The notes under the pieces: model-generated
What the model was told of the DNA's origin: nothing
Database searches by the model: none
What the model saw: the letters and a program-made list of their open reading frames with translations, nothing else
Origin: Eledone cirrhosa
Lineage: Eukaryota
Direction of reading: 5' to 3'
Length of the DNA: 64,000 nucleotides
Assembly: GCA_964016885.1 (NCBI GenBank)
Contig: OZ024741.1
Location: forward strand, 160,890,001-160,954,000
Shown: positions 47,485 through 59,849 of the stretch, piece by piece
Position numbering within the stretch: position 1 is the first letter of the stretch
Layout of the letters: every line of letters begins with the position of its first letter
Translations under genes and position numbers: made by a program

Positions 47485-48075
47485 CATCATCATCATTTTA
47501 TGTCAGTTCTTCTTCGCTAGCATGGGTTGTCATGTTGTGGGCAGTGTCCGGTCGGCTGACCTTGTCTTGCTCATACGGGAAGTGATTCTGTCTTGATTTC
47601 TACAGCTGGATGCCCTTCCTAACACCAACTTCATTTATAGTGAGTGCTGGGTGTTTTTTTTTTTTGCCGTGGCACCTCCACGACCACTTTGCAGTGGAAT
47701 GATAGGGACCCCAGTCCTATCATCTCATTTCTACAGCTGAGTAAACTGGAGCAATGTGAAATAAAGTGTCTTGCTCAAGGAAACAACACATCCCCCGGTC
47801 CGAGAATTAAACTCACAACCTTTCAATTGCAAGCCCAATGCTCTAACCACTGAGCCATGTGCCTTCTATTGTTGGCAATGTTAGGTCAGGTGACCATGTC
47901 TTGCTCATAAAGAACTGATTCTGGCTTGATTTCTACAGCTGGATGCCCTTCCTAATGCCAAGCTCATTTACAGTGAGTACTGAGTGTTTTTTGTTGTGAT
48001 TCCTCCACGACTACTTTACAGTGTGGACTGGGTGTTTTTTACCGTGTCACCATCACGACCACTTTACAGTGTTTC
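47485..48075 (-). mobile_element. Inverted copy of the composite SINE cluster
   Basis: 47580-47985 is the reverse complement of about 46600-47040, including the same SINE-in-SINE junction. Confidence 0.8.
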
Positions 48076-48159
48076 GGCCTGTTCTCATGAAAGATATATT
48101 GGCGGGTGGGATGGTGTGGTGCATACTGTATGTATGTTTCAGCCTTGGCCTGGGCCCGT

Positions 48160-48852
48160 GGGAAGTTGGGGTTTCTGTATTACCTCATAACGCCAGAGAT
48201 CTTGGTCCTGTGTCATTGCCTTTCAGAGGTGCAATTGGGCAAGGTCGGCTTTTATCACTTCATCTCAAGTCTTTCTGGGACTTTATGTAGCTGTCATCCT
48301 TCATACGAATCACATGTCCATACCAACATAATCTCCTCTCCTGCACACAACATTTGATTCCTCTTATGCCTAGTTTCTCTTTCAGTTTGTTTATGCTTTG
48401 CTGTTCGCGTATATTACTATTACACATCCATCGGAGCATACAAGCTCATTCCTTTCTAATATACGCAAGTCTACTACACACAGCGCCCAGCTCTCACTAC
48501 CATGCAACATTGCCGTTCATATGCACACATCATACAGTCTACCTTTTATTCTGAGGGAAAAGCCTTTTGTATCCAGCTGTGGCAGTAGCTCCCTCAACTT
48601 CTTCCATCCTGTTCTTTCAGAACCCCCCCCCCCCCCCCGCTGCTAATTCGGTATTGTTTTTACCAAGTCCTCCCAGACTTTGATGTCACTTGTTTTCAGT
48701 GATTGTCCTGCTTACTGTCCTGGTGCAACTGCTACATGTAAAGCCTACATTCTTAACTAATCTTCCTGAGATCCCACTACATCTCTTGTGTACCCATAGT
48801 TTGCATATGGGGCAGAGGATGGAGTTTCTACCTACACCTCTCCTACATAATG
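48160..48852 (-). mobile_element. RTE LINE fragment with PHD finger (second copy)
   Basis: CSLCRRGVGRNSILCPICKLWVHKRCSGISG..FTCSSC, followed by GWKKLRELLP... Confidence 0.8.
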
Positions 48853-48902
48853 AGCACACACACACACACATATATATACACACACTCACATATATATATA
48901 TA

Positions 48903-49740
48903 CTAGCCGAATTACCAGCGCCTTGCTGCGTTTCACTCATTTTTTTTGTAAGAAAATGATGATTGATTTTAAATCAGTGATATAATTTATGGAGAAAAAC
49001 TCAATATTACTCAATGTAAAATATAATGCATGAAAAATTGGAAAACATCATTTTTTGTAATATATCAAATCAAAATTGCATTATTAAATCTTATTCTTAT
49101 TTTGTTTCTTGTAAATAATTTTTTTCAAAATATCAATTGAAAACTTTTGTGAATAGGCATCATATCTTGTCATTTACCTATGGCTTAAGTTTCATATAAA
49201 TCGAAAGGGAAAAGTTTTCAGCGGGGGTTTGTACCCCCGTGGAACCCTAATAGGGGGTTTAACCACCATTAAGGTGTCTTATAGTATTGAAATTTTGTGA
49301 ATAGGCATCATATCTCTTCATTTATCTATGGTTTAAATTGCATATAAATCGAACCGAAAAAATTTTCAGCGGGGATTTTGTGTCCCCTGGTGAACCCTAA
49401 TAGGGGGTTTAACTCCCATTAGGGTATTGTAATTTTATTGAAATTTGCTGAAATTTTGTGAATAGGCATCATATCTTGTTATTTACCTATGGTTTAAATT
49501 TCATATAAATCGAAGGTAAAGTTTCAGCGGCGGTTTTGTGCCCCCGATGAACCCTTTGATTAAAATGAAATATACTTATACAAGTACCCTGGGCAATGTA
49601 GTTTCAGAATATATATGGTTATGGGGGTCTATCTCCAAAACCTTAGGAGGAGTTCGTAAAATCTTGTTCCATTTATTGGCCAAACTTTTCACTATAGGAC
49701 GTTTAACCCCCCTTAGGGTGTCTTAATATTATTGAAATTT
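48903..49740 (-). mobile_element. Non-autonomous Helitron-like element with ~150-bp internal subrepeats
   Basis: Minus-strand 3' end CGCAGCAAGGCGCTGGTAATTCGGCTAG|T (hairpin plus CTAG). Three copies of TTTTGTGAATAGGCATCATATCT...TTTCAGCGG at about 49140-49560. Confidence 0.7.
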
Positions 49741-49782
49741 GCACACACACACACACATATATATCTATATATATATACACAA

Positions 49783-49827
<45 letters not shown>

Positions 49828-49884
49828 AACACACACATTTATATATATATATACACAAACACACACACATATATATATACACAA

Positions 49885-49923
<39 letters not shown>

Positions 49924-49928
49924 CATAA

Positions 49929-49959
<31 letters not shown>

Positions 49960-49985
49960 CACAAACACACACACACATTTATATC
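49740..49985. repeat. Compound (CA)n(TA)n microsatellite
   Basis: Directly visible. Confidence 0.95.
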
Positions 49986-50164
49986 TTTTAGCAGAGCATT
50001 TTAATATTGCCACTCAATGAAAACCCTTTGTTTGTTTGGAATAAATGAATCTTGAAAATTAGGAGTGCCTGTCAGTGTGTATGTGTTTGTCTACTTAGCA
50101 TCAATTTACTACCCTCCCCTACCACCAGAAAATGTATAAATACCACCATATTACATTGACAGTC

Positions 50165-50216
50165 GGCTTTTCTGATCATTTCCTCCGAATGAAACAGTTC
50201 TAGTCCTGTTGAAGCC
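50165..50216 (+). ncRNA. Degenerate hammerhead motif
   Basis: GGCTTTT-CTGATCA-TTTC CTCC GAAT-GAAA-CAG...CTG-TT-GAAGCC. The core has G>C at position 8. Confidence 0.5.
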
Positions 50217-50244
50217 ATTTCTATATTAAATATATATATATACT

Positions 50245-50900
50245 CTTTTAGCTGTTCCAGCCATCCGGCTGAGACCATGATTGGGGACTGCCCTTGTTGC
50301 TACACATTCTATCTCCAGCCTGTGTTGGCTGGCCATTGGTGTAAGAGGGAGTTTGTTGCTGCTGCCCTTAGGTTACCTTCGTACCGTGATGTGGGCTCAT
50401 CCGGGATCCTGGATAACAGGGTGTCGAGAAGTTTCTTGAAAATATCCACGGCCACACCATGTAGATCTCTCAAATCCCTCGGCAGTTTGTTGAAGAGTTG
50501 AGGGCCTTTGAACCCCAGTCTATTGCAATATCTGCTTCTTGTTCTAGATGTGGAAGACGGGACCTTTGTCACCACACAGTGACGTCCTGTTCGGAGGTTG
50601 GTCCCGCTCTCAATACCAAAGTTTGGCGCTAGTCCTTCCAGGATTTTCCATATGTATATCCCTGTGTATCTCTCCCGTCTTCGTTCCAAGGAGTAGAGTT
50701 TCAGTTCTTTTAGCCTCTCCCAGTAGCTCATCTCCTTCATCGTGCAATCCTCTTGGTGTAGCTTCGTTGGATTGTCTCAAGTTCCGTGGTTAGTTTGATA
50801 CTATGGGGTGACCACAGCTGGGAGCAATAGTCCAGGCTACTTAGGACAAATGGCCTTCATAGTATCAACATGGTCTCCCGGTCTCTTATATAGAAAACCT
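50245..50900 (-). mobile_element. CR1/L2-like LINE 3' end
   Basis: SSLDYCSQLWSP, MSYWERLKELKLYSLERRRERY..IYIWKILEG, GPQLFNKLP and FKKLLDTLLSRIPDEP. Confidence 0.85.
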
Positions 50901-53076
50901 CAAATAAAAAGTCAAGATTTGTTTCGATTTAACAGAGCAGAAAGAATTCGCGTCAGAATATTCCAACCAATCCAGCCTATATCAGCTGAATAAATATGTA
51001 TTGGAAATATATATATACACACCCACATGCACATATATATATACACACACACGCACGCACGCACACACTCAAACACACACACATACATACACGCATGCAT
51101 GCATACATGATGGCTGCCCCCTCGTTATCGAGTATGGCCATTGCACGATATATCATTATTAATAATTATTAATTAATTCTATCGTGCAATGCCTGTGCAT
51201 GAAGATATTTTTTTGAATGAGGAAAGACTGTGCACTGAGCCAATCCCACTCTCTGAGCGACAGTAGCTATAACCCGAAAAGAAGAAAATATCAACATCAT
51301 CGGTAACTACTGAGCCGCAGGTTTTATATCGGAGTTATCCCAGTTTCCTGAGTTGCCTTCTCCTAGAAGAATGCCCTGACAAAGGCTAGGGGTCCTTCAC
51401 TCCCAGTGGTTTAACTGCGCGATCGGGTGTCCAGCCCGATTATTTCTATGTCCCCGCGCATGTACATACACATGCACCCATGTATAAACACATATACATA
51501 TACATACATATGTACATGTGTATATACATATTTACACACTTTTGGATGGCCGTTGACTCTTATGAGATCTTCCGCCCTTTGTCAGGTTTTGTTTTTTGTC
51601 CTGCAGGGTGTCCAAAATCACCCTCCTCACCAAGTAAACTTGGTGGAGTTGCCGGTTTAGTCACCGACGACCCAACCATGCGACAGGTTGTACTGGGTTA
51701 CATGTTACCAGTAGCACTCAAGAGTGACCCGACATACATACCTACATACTACATGATAGCTGCAAACTCGTGTTCAAGTATTGCCATCGCCCAATAAAAT
51801 GTTCAAAAATGTGAAGCACAAATGTGACTCTTTAAACCAGCCAAATACTTACACCCTCTGGCACACACATGGCAACTTTAGGCTCCCCCGAAACCTTCCA
51901 TTGCTTTGTTCTGGCTGTATGTTCACATGTATCTTTTAAGACCTCCCATGCTTGTACATTTCTTACACCTTTTCAGATCATAATCTACATGAGGTCTACT
52001 GATATGACTTTGTTCATGTCTAATCAAACCAGCTTTGCTCAGGCTGACTAGACCACAGTGCTGGCAAACCAGATGATGTTCAACAGCAAGCAGTTCAGAA
52101 CAGTCTCAATCCTCACCTTCCTTTTCAGTGTTAGGTGTTCTCTCCGACGAGTTTCAAAGTATTCACCACCTGACTTGATCAAACGTTTCCACTTCACACG
52201 CTCGTCAGCCATTTCTCCCATTCGTCAGATGAAATTCCAGCACAAGCCAAGGTGCCCCTGATACAGTCCCGGTACCACCTTTTTGGTTTGTGTGGTGGTC
52301 GCCTTCCTTCACACAGTTCTCCATAGAGAAGTTGCTTTGGAATACGATCACCAGACATCCGGACCACGTGACTGCACCACCTCAACCAATACCGAAAGAT
52401 TATGCTCTCTATAGTCACGCACCTGCTCCGTTCTAGAACTTCCAAATCACTGGCGAACATTTTCCACCACACCCCAAGTAACTTATGAAGAGATTGTTGG
52501 TGAAATCTCTCCAGATCCTTGAGGTGCTTTCTGTATATGACCCACGTTTCACAAACATAAAGTAAAGAGGAGACGACACAAGTCAGATACACTTTCACCT
52601 TGGTTTCGATAGTGATACCTCGTCTGGACCATAAACGTTGATGCAGCCGTCCAAAAGCATCACTGGCTTTCTTGATTCTTAAGGATATTTCATTATCATG
52701 TGTGCATGAAGTGTTCAACGTACTACCAAGGTAAACAAACTTGTCAGCAACTTTTAGCCTCTTTCCGTACACGTACACACTTGGTGCAGTGTACTCGTTT
52801 CCAGGTACTGGCTGATACATCACAACAGTCTTTTCCAAGCTTATTGTGACGCCCAAAGTGCTGCAAGCTGCAGAAAAAGAGTTCATAATATGCTGTATGT
52901 CACTTTGTGAGTGTGCAAAAAGATAGCAGTCGTCTGCATACAAAAAACTCTCGGATTATAGATGATAATACCTTTGTGCTTGTATCAAAGCGCCTGATGT
53001 TGAATAACCTTCCTGAAGTGCGATACCTGATGTAAACCCCATAAGAACAATATTTGAATGCCATGGGAAACACTAT

Positions 53077-55171
53077 TGTAGCGGTTGTCTCCCTTGTTTT
53101 GATTAGGATCTAGACGGGAAGTGGAGCCCTTTCTGCAACTTCCGGTCAGAGCCCTATAAAACTAACAACGTTAAGCTTCCTTCCTCTCTCTTTGCCTTTT
53201 CGGCACCAGGTCAAGAGTCTTCTCATTTGGCTCTGCCATTAATTTGGCCAACAGGCGCCTGGCCTTAGCCAGGCGCCCTCTGCCAGCCGCGTTTGCCTGG
53301 CAATCAAAACGGTAACTACTAACTTTGTTTCATTCTAACATCTATCTTTGACATGTCAAGTATTCTATCTACCGTTAATTAAATATTATATACGCAAACA
53401 TTGTCTCGTTTTGTTACATTCATACAACCAGTATTCTCGCTATATTGGTAACCCTGACGTGATACGAACACGCAGCCGTTCATTGCTATAAGTGGTCACC
53501 CCCAAAAAAAGAAAAAAATAGCACATCTGGTTTTGTGAGTAACATTACGAATACACAGCAAATTTAGCGACAAACTATGAAAATACTCAAGGACACGCAC
53601 ACACGCACATGTGGAATTCGCACAGACATACTTTTTCTCTCACGCATCAATTAACTGTCGCATTTCACCAATATATATATATATGTTTCTCGTTTCTTAC
53701 AACGAACACTTTCAAAACAAAAAAAAACATTTCACGATATATATATATGTTTCTCGTTTCTTACAACGAACTCTTTCAAAACACAAAAAAAAAAAAGAAA
53801 TTTGATATTCTTTAAAAAACATTTCAACAGGAACATTTATTTTCGATGAACCATTGCCTTTTGTTCTTCGTTTTCTTCATCGTTCAAGTTTTTTGTTTTT
53901 TTCCAAAGTTCACACCTATAATTATGCTGATTGAAGCCTTTCTTTTTCATCATTGTCACTTTCAAAATTGCACTATCATTTTCTCGCGCGTTAGAAATAT
54001 TTTTTTTTTTCAACCTTGTATTGGCACGTGTAGGCAGCATAAATTCTCGATTCACTGAGATGTCTCTCCTCACAGACAGCCGCACGCCAGAGATAGCATT
54101 TCTCCCCCAAGGATTCTTCAGCCTTAAGCTATATTCTTCTATTTGCCGGTTTATAAATTTACAATGTAAATTTACCGTTGATAACCGCGCATTTATTAAG
54201 AATGCTTATTTCTCTGGTCGCTGGCCTCTTGACCCTTCCAGGTCAACGCATTCTCGGCGTCGACCATCGGCTTCGGCTGCTGTTTCTAGCACTTTGCGCA
54301 ACTCATTTTTTTCTAAAAAAAAATTTTTTTACTGTGAATTTGGACGCCGGGTGCGCTCACTCGGCGAGACAACAGCGGCAGCAACAGCAATACATCAATA
54401 CAGCTTCACCAAAGCCAGAGAATTCATTTTTGCAGCACTCTTCCTGTGAGAGGATCCATTCGGAGGTTGGAAGTTTCACGATATACCACAGAACAGAAAC
54501 CACCTGCATTCATTCTCTGGAACACACTTTCTTTCCTGCTGTCATGTGATTGCACACCTGTGAACTGTATTTTGAACTTTGAGCTCTTCTATTACTTTTA
54601 CTTTATTACATTGTATCTTTGGGTGATGGATAGATGGATGTCCAGTCGTTCTCTGGCCAAGAGCGGTTGGCTACCTTGATATCTATCATTGATTTTTCCA
54701 AACATTCTTTTGTCGTAATTTTCATGCCTGTTACAACATTCTCGCCAACTTGCTACATATTTTCATTTCGATTTTTATACACTAAAATTCTGGCGGGAGG
54801 TTATGTAGCGGTTGTCTCCCTTGTTTTGATTAGGATCTAGACGGGAAGTGGAGCCCTTTCTGCAACTTCCGGTCAGAGCCCTATAAAACTAACAACGTTA
54901 AGCTTCCTTCCTCTCTCTTTGCCTTTTCGGTACCAGGTCAAGAGTCTTCTCATTTGGCTCTGCCATTAATTTGGCCAACAGGCGCCTGGCCTTAGCCAGG
55001 CGCCCTCTGCCAGCCGCGTTTGCCTGGCAATCAAAACGGTAACTACTAACTTTGTTTCATTCTAACATCTATCTTTGACATGTCAAGTATTCTATCTACC
55101 GTTAATTAAATATTATATACGCAAACATTGTCTCGTTTTGTTACATTCATACAACCAGTATTCTCGCTATA
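53077..55171 (+). mobile_element. Young non-autonomous LTR retrotransposon (Gypsy-like, TRIM/LARD type)
   Basis: 368-bp LTRs at 53077-53444 and 54804-55171 (TGTAGCG...CGCTATA), with one difference seen by eye. 4-bp TSD CTAT. PBS at 53446 and a purine tract GGCGGGAGG before the 3' LTR. The 1.36-kb interior has no recognisable gag/pol. Confidence 0.95.
53446..53477 (+). promoter_or_regulatory. tRNA-Trp primer-binding site (extended)
   Basis: TGGTAACCCTGACGTGATACGAACACGCAGCC compared with the metazoan tRNA-Trp 3' complement TGGTGACCCCGACGTGATTTGAACACGCAACC (from recall). Confidence 0.8.
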
Positions 55172-56384
55172 CTATCATAAAATATAAGGAACACAGAGTT
55201 GGAGCCGGAATGTCCCCCTGCTTCACTCCATTTTCAACTGATATTGGTTCAGAGATGCTACCACCAAAACTGACCAAAGCCTTCACGTCATCATGGAAAA
55301 GATGCAGAATCTTCTCCCCTACCTTGGATTTTTTTTCCCACAACGCAGTTCGATTGACAGTGTCAAAGGCCTTTGTCAAGTCAACAAAGGCCTGGTAAAG
55401 TTCCATACATTGTTCGATACACTTTTCTTGCAGCTGCCGAGCAGAAACGATCATATCCACTGTTCCTCTTTCGTTTCTGAACCCACACTGCGACTCAGGC
55501 AACACATTCAGAGCAACTCTTGGGATCAATCTATCCATCAATATAGAGAAGACTTTACCAACTACTGAAAGAAGGGATATGACATGATAATTGCCACATT
55601 TGTCCTTGCCGTCCTTTCCTTTATGGAGAATCACCATGAGCGCATCCTTCTTGTGGGACATTCTCATCTTCCCACACCATTTTCATGAGGTCAGTCAGGC
55701 GCTGCGTGAAGTTTTCACCACCACACTTCAAAACCTCTCCACTCAGACCATCCATACCAGGAGACTTACCACAGTTCAGCTTATGCACAACAGAAGTCCC
55801 CGCTGCAAGAGAAGATACATTAGCCATCTCATATGCTTCACTGGTTCAATAGGAATGGAACAAATGAAATCATCATCAACCTGGTTTAAGAGCTCATCAA
55901 AGTGATCTCTCTATCTGTCGAGTGTCTTTTGGGTCGTGCAGTAATTGCTTGCCATCTTTCGATCTCAAAGGGCCACTGGAGAGCTGAAAGGCCCATACAC
56001 CTCTGTGAGTAGAAAGTGCGGCAGTTTCACATTGTTGCCGTCAGATGCCACTTGAACTTCATCTGCTTTGTTGCTCCACCAGGTATTTTGCATAGCCCTG
56101 AGTTTCACCTGCACTTCCTTCGTTACCTGTCTGTAACGCTCATAATTGTCACCAACAGAGCTACCACCTTTAAGAACTGCATCAAGTGCCTTTTGTTTTC
56201 TGTCTAGCAGAGCCTTGACCTCCTGGTCATTCTCATCAAACCAGTCCTTGTTTTCTTGTGACAAAACCAAGGACCTCTGCTGAAGCCTCATAGACCGAGC
56301 TCCTGAAGTCCTTCCAGCTGTTCTCATACACGCATACATACTTACATATATACATGTATACATACATGTATGCGCAAACAGCCC

Positions 56385-57006
56385 AAATTACCCCATCAGA
56401 ACCCTTAATGGTACCACTCTTAAGCAGGTGGAAGATTACAAGTATCTTGGCTCATATATCTCCTCCTCCAAAAAATATTTTCTAACCAGGAAGGGTATGG
56501 CATGGTCAGCGTGCAATGACATGCACGCCATATGGACATCTCAACTTACCAACAAGCTAAAACTGGAAATATTCCAAGCAACCATTAAGCCCATATTACT
56601 TTATGGATCCGAAACTTGGACACTAACATCACAACTTGAGAGGAGATTGGATGGCACATATACCCGCCTCTTAATGAGAGTGCAAAACCTATCCTGGAAA
56701 CGACATCCCACCATGTCTAAAATCTATGGCAAACTCCCTCGAGCCTCTGCCCTTCTAAAATCCCGGAGAGCTCAATTTGCTGGCCACTGTCACCGTGCCA
56801 GCAATGAAATCATATCCGCTCTCTTGCTCTGGAACCCTGACTCCAGCCTGACTAGGAGTAGGAAGCTGTCATTCCCTGACGTTATCTCTAGGGATACGGG
56901 AATCAGTAGACAGGACCTGGGGGCAGCGATGGGGGACAGGGAATTCTGGGACATGAGAGTGAGATCCATCATCTCGACAGTAGTCGACGAATGATGATGA
57001 TGATGA
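56385..57006 (+). mobile_element. RTE LINE 3' fragment with (TGA)n tail
   Basis: VEDYKYLGSYI..RKGMAWSAC..IKPILLYGSETWTL..LDGTYTRLL..RAQFAGHC, then a stop and a TGA-repeat tail. Confidence 0.9.
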
Positions 57007-57172
57007 CATGTATACATACATGCATACATCCATACATACATCCATCCATCCATACATACATGTATACACACATCCATCCATACATACATGTATACACACA
57101 TCCATCCATACATACATGAATACACACATACATCCATCCAACCATCCATCCATACATATATACATACATACA
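57007..57172. repeat. (CATC/CATA)n tetranucleotide repeat
   Basis: Directly visible. Confidence 0.9.
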
Positions 57173-57759
57173 ATGGTTAAAGTGTTTGACTGACGACCAT
57201 AAGTTCATGGGTTCATATTTGGGACCGGGTAGTTATTCAATCAACCTGATATCAATGTTTATTATACAGCACACTTCCTCTTTGGTATAATATGATACAT
57301 AGTAATACCTAACATAGTACCCATCTAATCTGTTATAATATGATTTACCTTTCCTCTGTGAAGGCACATGCCTTAGGGGTTACGGTACTGGACTAACCAT
57401 TATAAAGTCATGGGCTCGTTTCTTCGATCCTGCTGTATGTTGCGTCCTTCAGTAAAATACTTTAGTTCGTGTAGCATCTTCTACCAGGACTTGCGGCAGA
57501 CAGATAATATCAGTAATGGAAAAAACCTTGTTTCATTAGTATGACCTGGAAATCAGTTCCACTCTATTTATCTTCTTTATTAAAGGCAATCAAATTATTT
57601 TTTATTTTATTCTTTTTCTTATTTTTTCATGTTTGTTAAATAAATTCCAAAAAATCGAACTAAATTGAAATTTTGTAATAAAATTTCCATAAAAGTTAAT
57701 GTTTACAATACAATAAAATGTAATCAAATGTATTGAAGTCGAGGAAATGTGGACCTTCA

Positions 57760-58035
57760 TTTTTGAAAGATGGATAATGCTATAAGCAGACCTTACAATA
57801 TTGTACCACAATTTTCCTTTGTGCAAAAGTGGGCAGCCGAATTTAGGAAAGGATAGGGGATTCTTGAAGATGACCCAATGTCTGGACGTCCTACAACTGC
57901 CACTACCGAGGAAAACATTGATCTCAGTACTGCAACACCGATGGAAGAAGTGTGTGGAACGCAAGGGAGACTATGTTGAAAAATAAACCTCATTTGGTCA
58001 CATTCCATGAGAGTATCTTTGTCAACCCTCGTATC
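57760..58035 (+). mobile_element. mariner transposase remnant, internally deleted
   Basis: KWAAEFRKG..ILEDDPMSGRPTTATTEENID joined to LQHRWKKCVERKGDYVEK*. Confidence 0.8.
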
Positions 58036-58068
58036 TATGCGCAATATACGTAAAGATACAGAATTGCG

Positions 58069-58416
58069 GGCACTACAACGCTATTAGCTGTCATATTTGT
58101 TGGTGAAAAAAATTTGATTATAAAACTTAAATTTATGAATTACTTGTTTTCTAATTAACTTAAATTTGTTTTCTAATTTGGCCCTTTTAAGGGCCACCTA
58201 TATTTTCATTTAAGTAACTCCACTTACATCGATATGCTTTATAACCATGACTTGTTTTCTATTTGTTTTCTTTAAGTCTTCCCTCTCTCTCTAAAAAAAA
58301 AAACACGTGAAAACTCCACTTACGCGTGGTAGTAATACGGAAATAAACGATGTTGACGAGTGGCGTCACCTTCGCCTGTTTTCCACTGGACTGACAGCTA
58401 ATAGCGTTGTAGTGCC
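58069..58416. mobile_element. Merlin-like MITE
   Basis: TIRs GGCACTACAACGCTATTAGCTGTCA / TGACAGCTAATAGCGTTGTAGTGCC. No clean TSD. Confidence 0.7.
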
Positions 58417-58426
58417 ATGAATTTAA

Positions 58427-59024
58427 GGCATACATGACTTTTAGCGGTCGCAATAATGAAAGTAAATTTATTTTCATTTTCGAACGTCGTGTTTACATTT
58501 TGTGTGTCTGTTTAAACGAAACATGCTGGCGACGAAGTTTCTTCTTTGCACGGCTCCATGTGTTCTCTATGAGCTGTGTGTGCACATCAGGGTCCGCAGG
58601 ATCTACAAAGTTCCGTTCGTGCACCACATCATGAACGTAAATCCCACCTTCAATTTCCTCAATTTCCGAATAGGAAGCCCAACCATCGGAGATGATGCGG
58701 CTGCCTGGCAAAATCCCTGCTGAATGATGGGGATGAGAGTGTCACGGCTTCGATTTGAGACTTCTACAAGGCAGCAGCGTCCAGAATGGCGGACTCACCA
58801 TTCTGCAAGCTTCGTTACAAGATTACTTCGGTATTGAGTACTCTTCTCTCAACTACACACACACATATATACATATATTAAGTTAAAACGACAGAGGCTC
58901 TGATTTTGTCTTTAATCTCAGTAACTAATTTAGATCTAAACACACACACACAATGTAAACACGACGTTCGAAAATGAAAATAAATTTACTTTTATTTTTC
59001 AGACCGTTAAAAGTCATGTATGCT
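58427..59024 (-). mobile_element. Merlin (IS1016/IS1595-like) element, internally deleted, with transposase remnant
   Basis: PGSRIISDGWASY...VVHERNFVDP..VHTQLIENTWSRAK (DDE motifs). About 80-bp TIRs GGCATACATGACTTTTA... 8-bp TSD TGAATTTA at 58418-58425 and 59025-59032. Confidence 0.88.
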
Positions 59025-59849
59025 TGAATTTAATAATATTACTTTCCCACTAAAGGCTCTATGAAATTAATACTCTGTAACTGAGTGTGCACATCTTCCA
59101 AATCTTTCTCTTCCCACCTTCCTGACTATTTCGAATTGATTCGTTCCTTTTATAAATGATAGAATATATTTTATAGGTACATCTCCCCCATTGATTAAAA
59201 TTAGTTTATTAGCTAAAAAGCAAACAAATAATAAGAAAGAGTTGTCTCCCTGTAACTCCCCTCAATTTATTCATGTGTGTGTGTGTATAAGGGGGGGGGG
59301 TCAGTTATGTCATATTTGAGATGTGTTTCTTTAATTTTTTTAAGCCGCTGTAGCATAACACAAAGGCGACATATTGGCAGATTCGTTAAAACGTTGCACA
59401 ATATTTGTTTCAGGTCTCTACTATCACTACAGATCTGCCAACCTCTAAAAGCCAAAACATGAAAAATAGTGTCCCAAAACAGAGAGAAATGAAGCAAAAT
59501 GGGGAGATTTTACATAATGAAAGCTATAGCATTTTCACAATTCAGCCCAAGTGGGTGGGGGATCTCTCCGTCGGACGGGGAAAGTTGACAGGTCTGTCAC
59601 TACCAACAGCACAACTATCACCATCGCGAGCAGCACCCTCACCACGAGCACCACAATCAACAGCCCACCTATCACTACTACCAGAAACAACACCACAATC
59701 ACCACCACCATCAGGCTATACATTTTGAAGGAGATTTTGCTGCAATTTCTAGCCTTTCATTATACTGCAGGGTTTTTTTCCCCCTTCTTCTGGTTGTTAT
59801 TTTTAGCAGAGAGATTGACAAAATGGAAGTTCCAAAGCAGGGTAAAAAA

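Larger units (their letters stand above)
51540..56322 (-). mobile_element. RTE-BovB-like LINE (linker, RT and C-terminus), split by an LTR element
   Basis: NKDWFDEND, KSPGMDG, NYHVISLLSVVGKVF, LPESQCGFR, AFVDLTKAFDTVNR, GVKQGD..PTL | VFPMAF..VYIRYRTSGRLFN, LYADDC, FVYLGS, ASDAFGRL and RIPKQLLYGEL. The reading is continuous across the insertion at the CTAT TSD. Confidence 0.92.

Noticed and set aside
53931-54549. gag/pol ORFs inside the LTR element
   Set aside because: No recognisable gag, protease, RT or integrase motifs in the listed ORFs.
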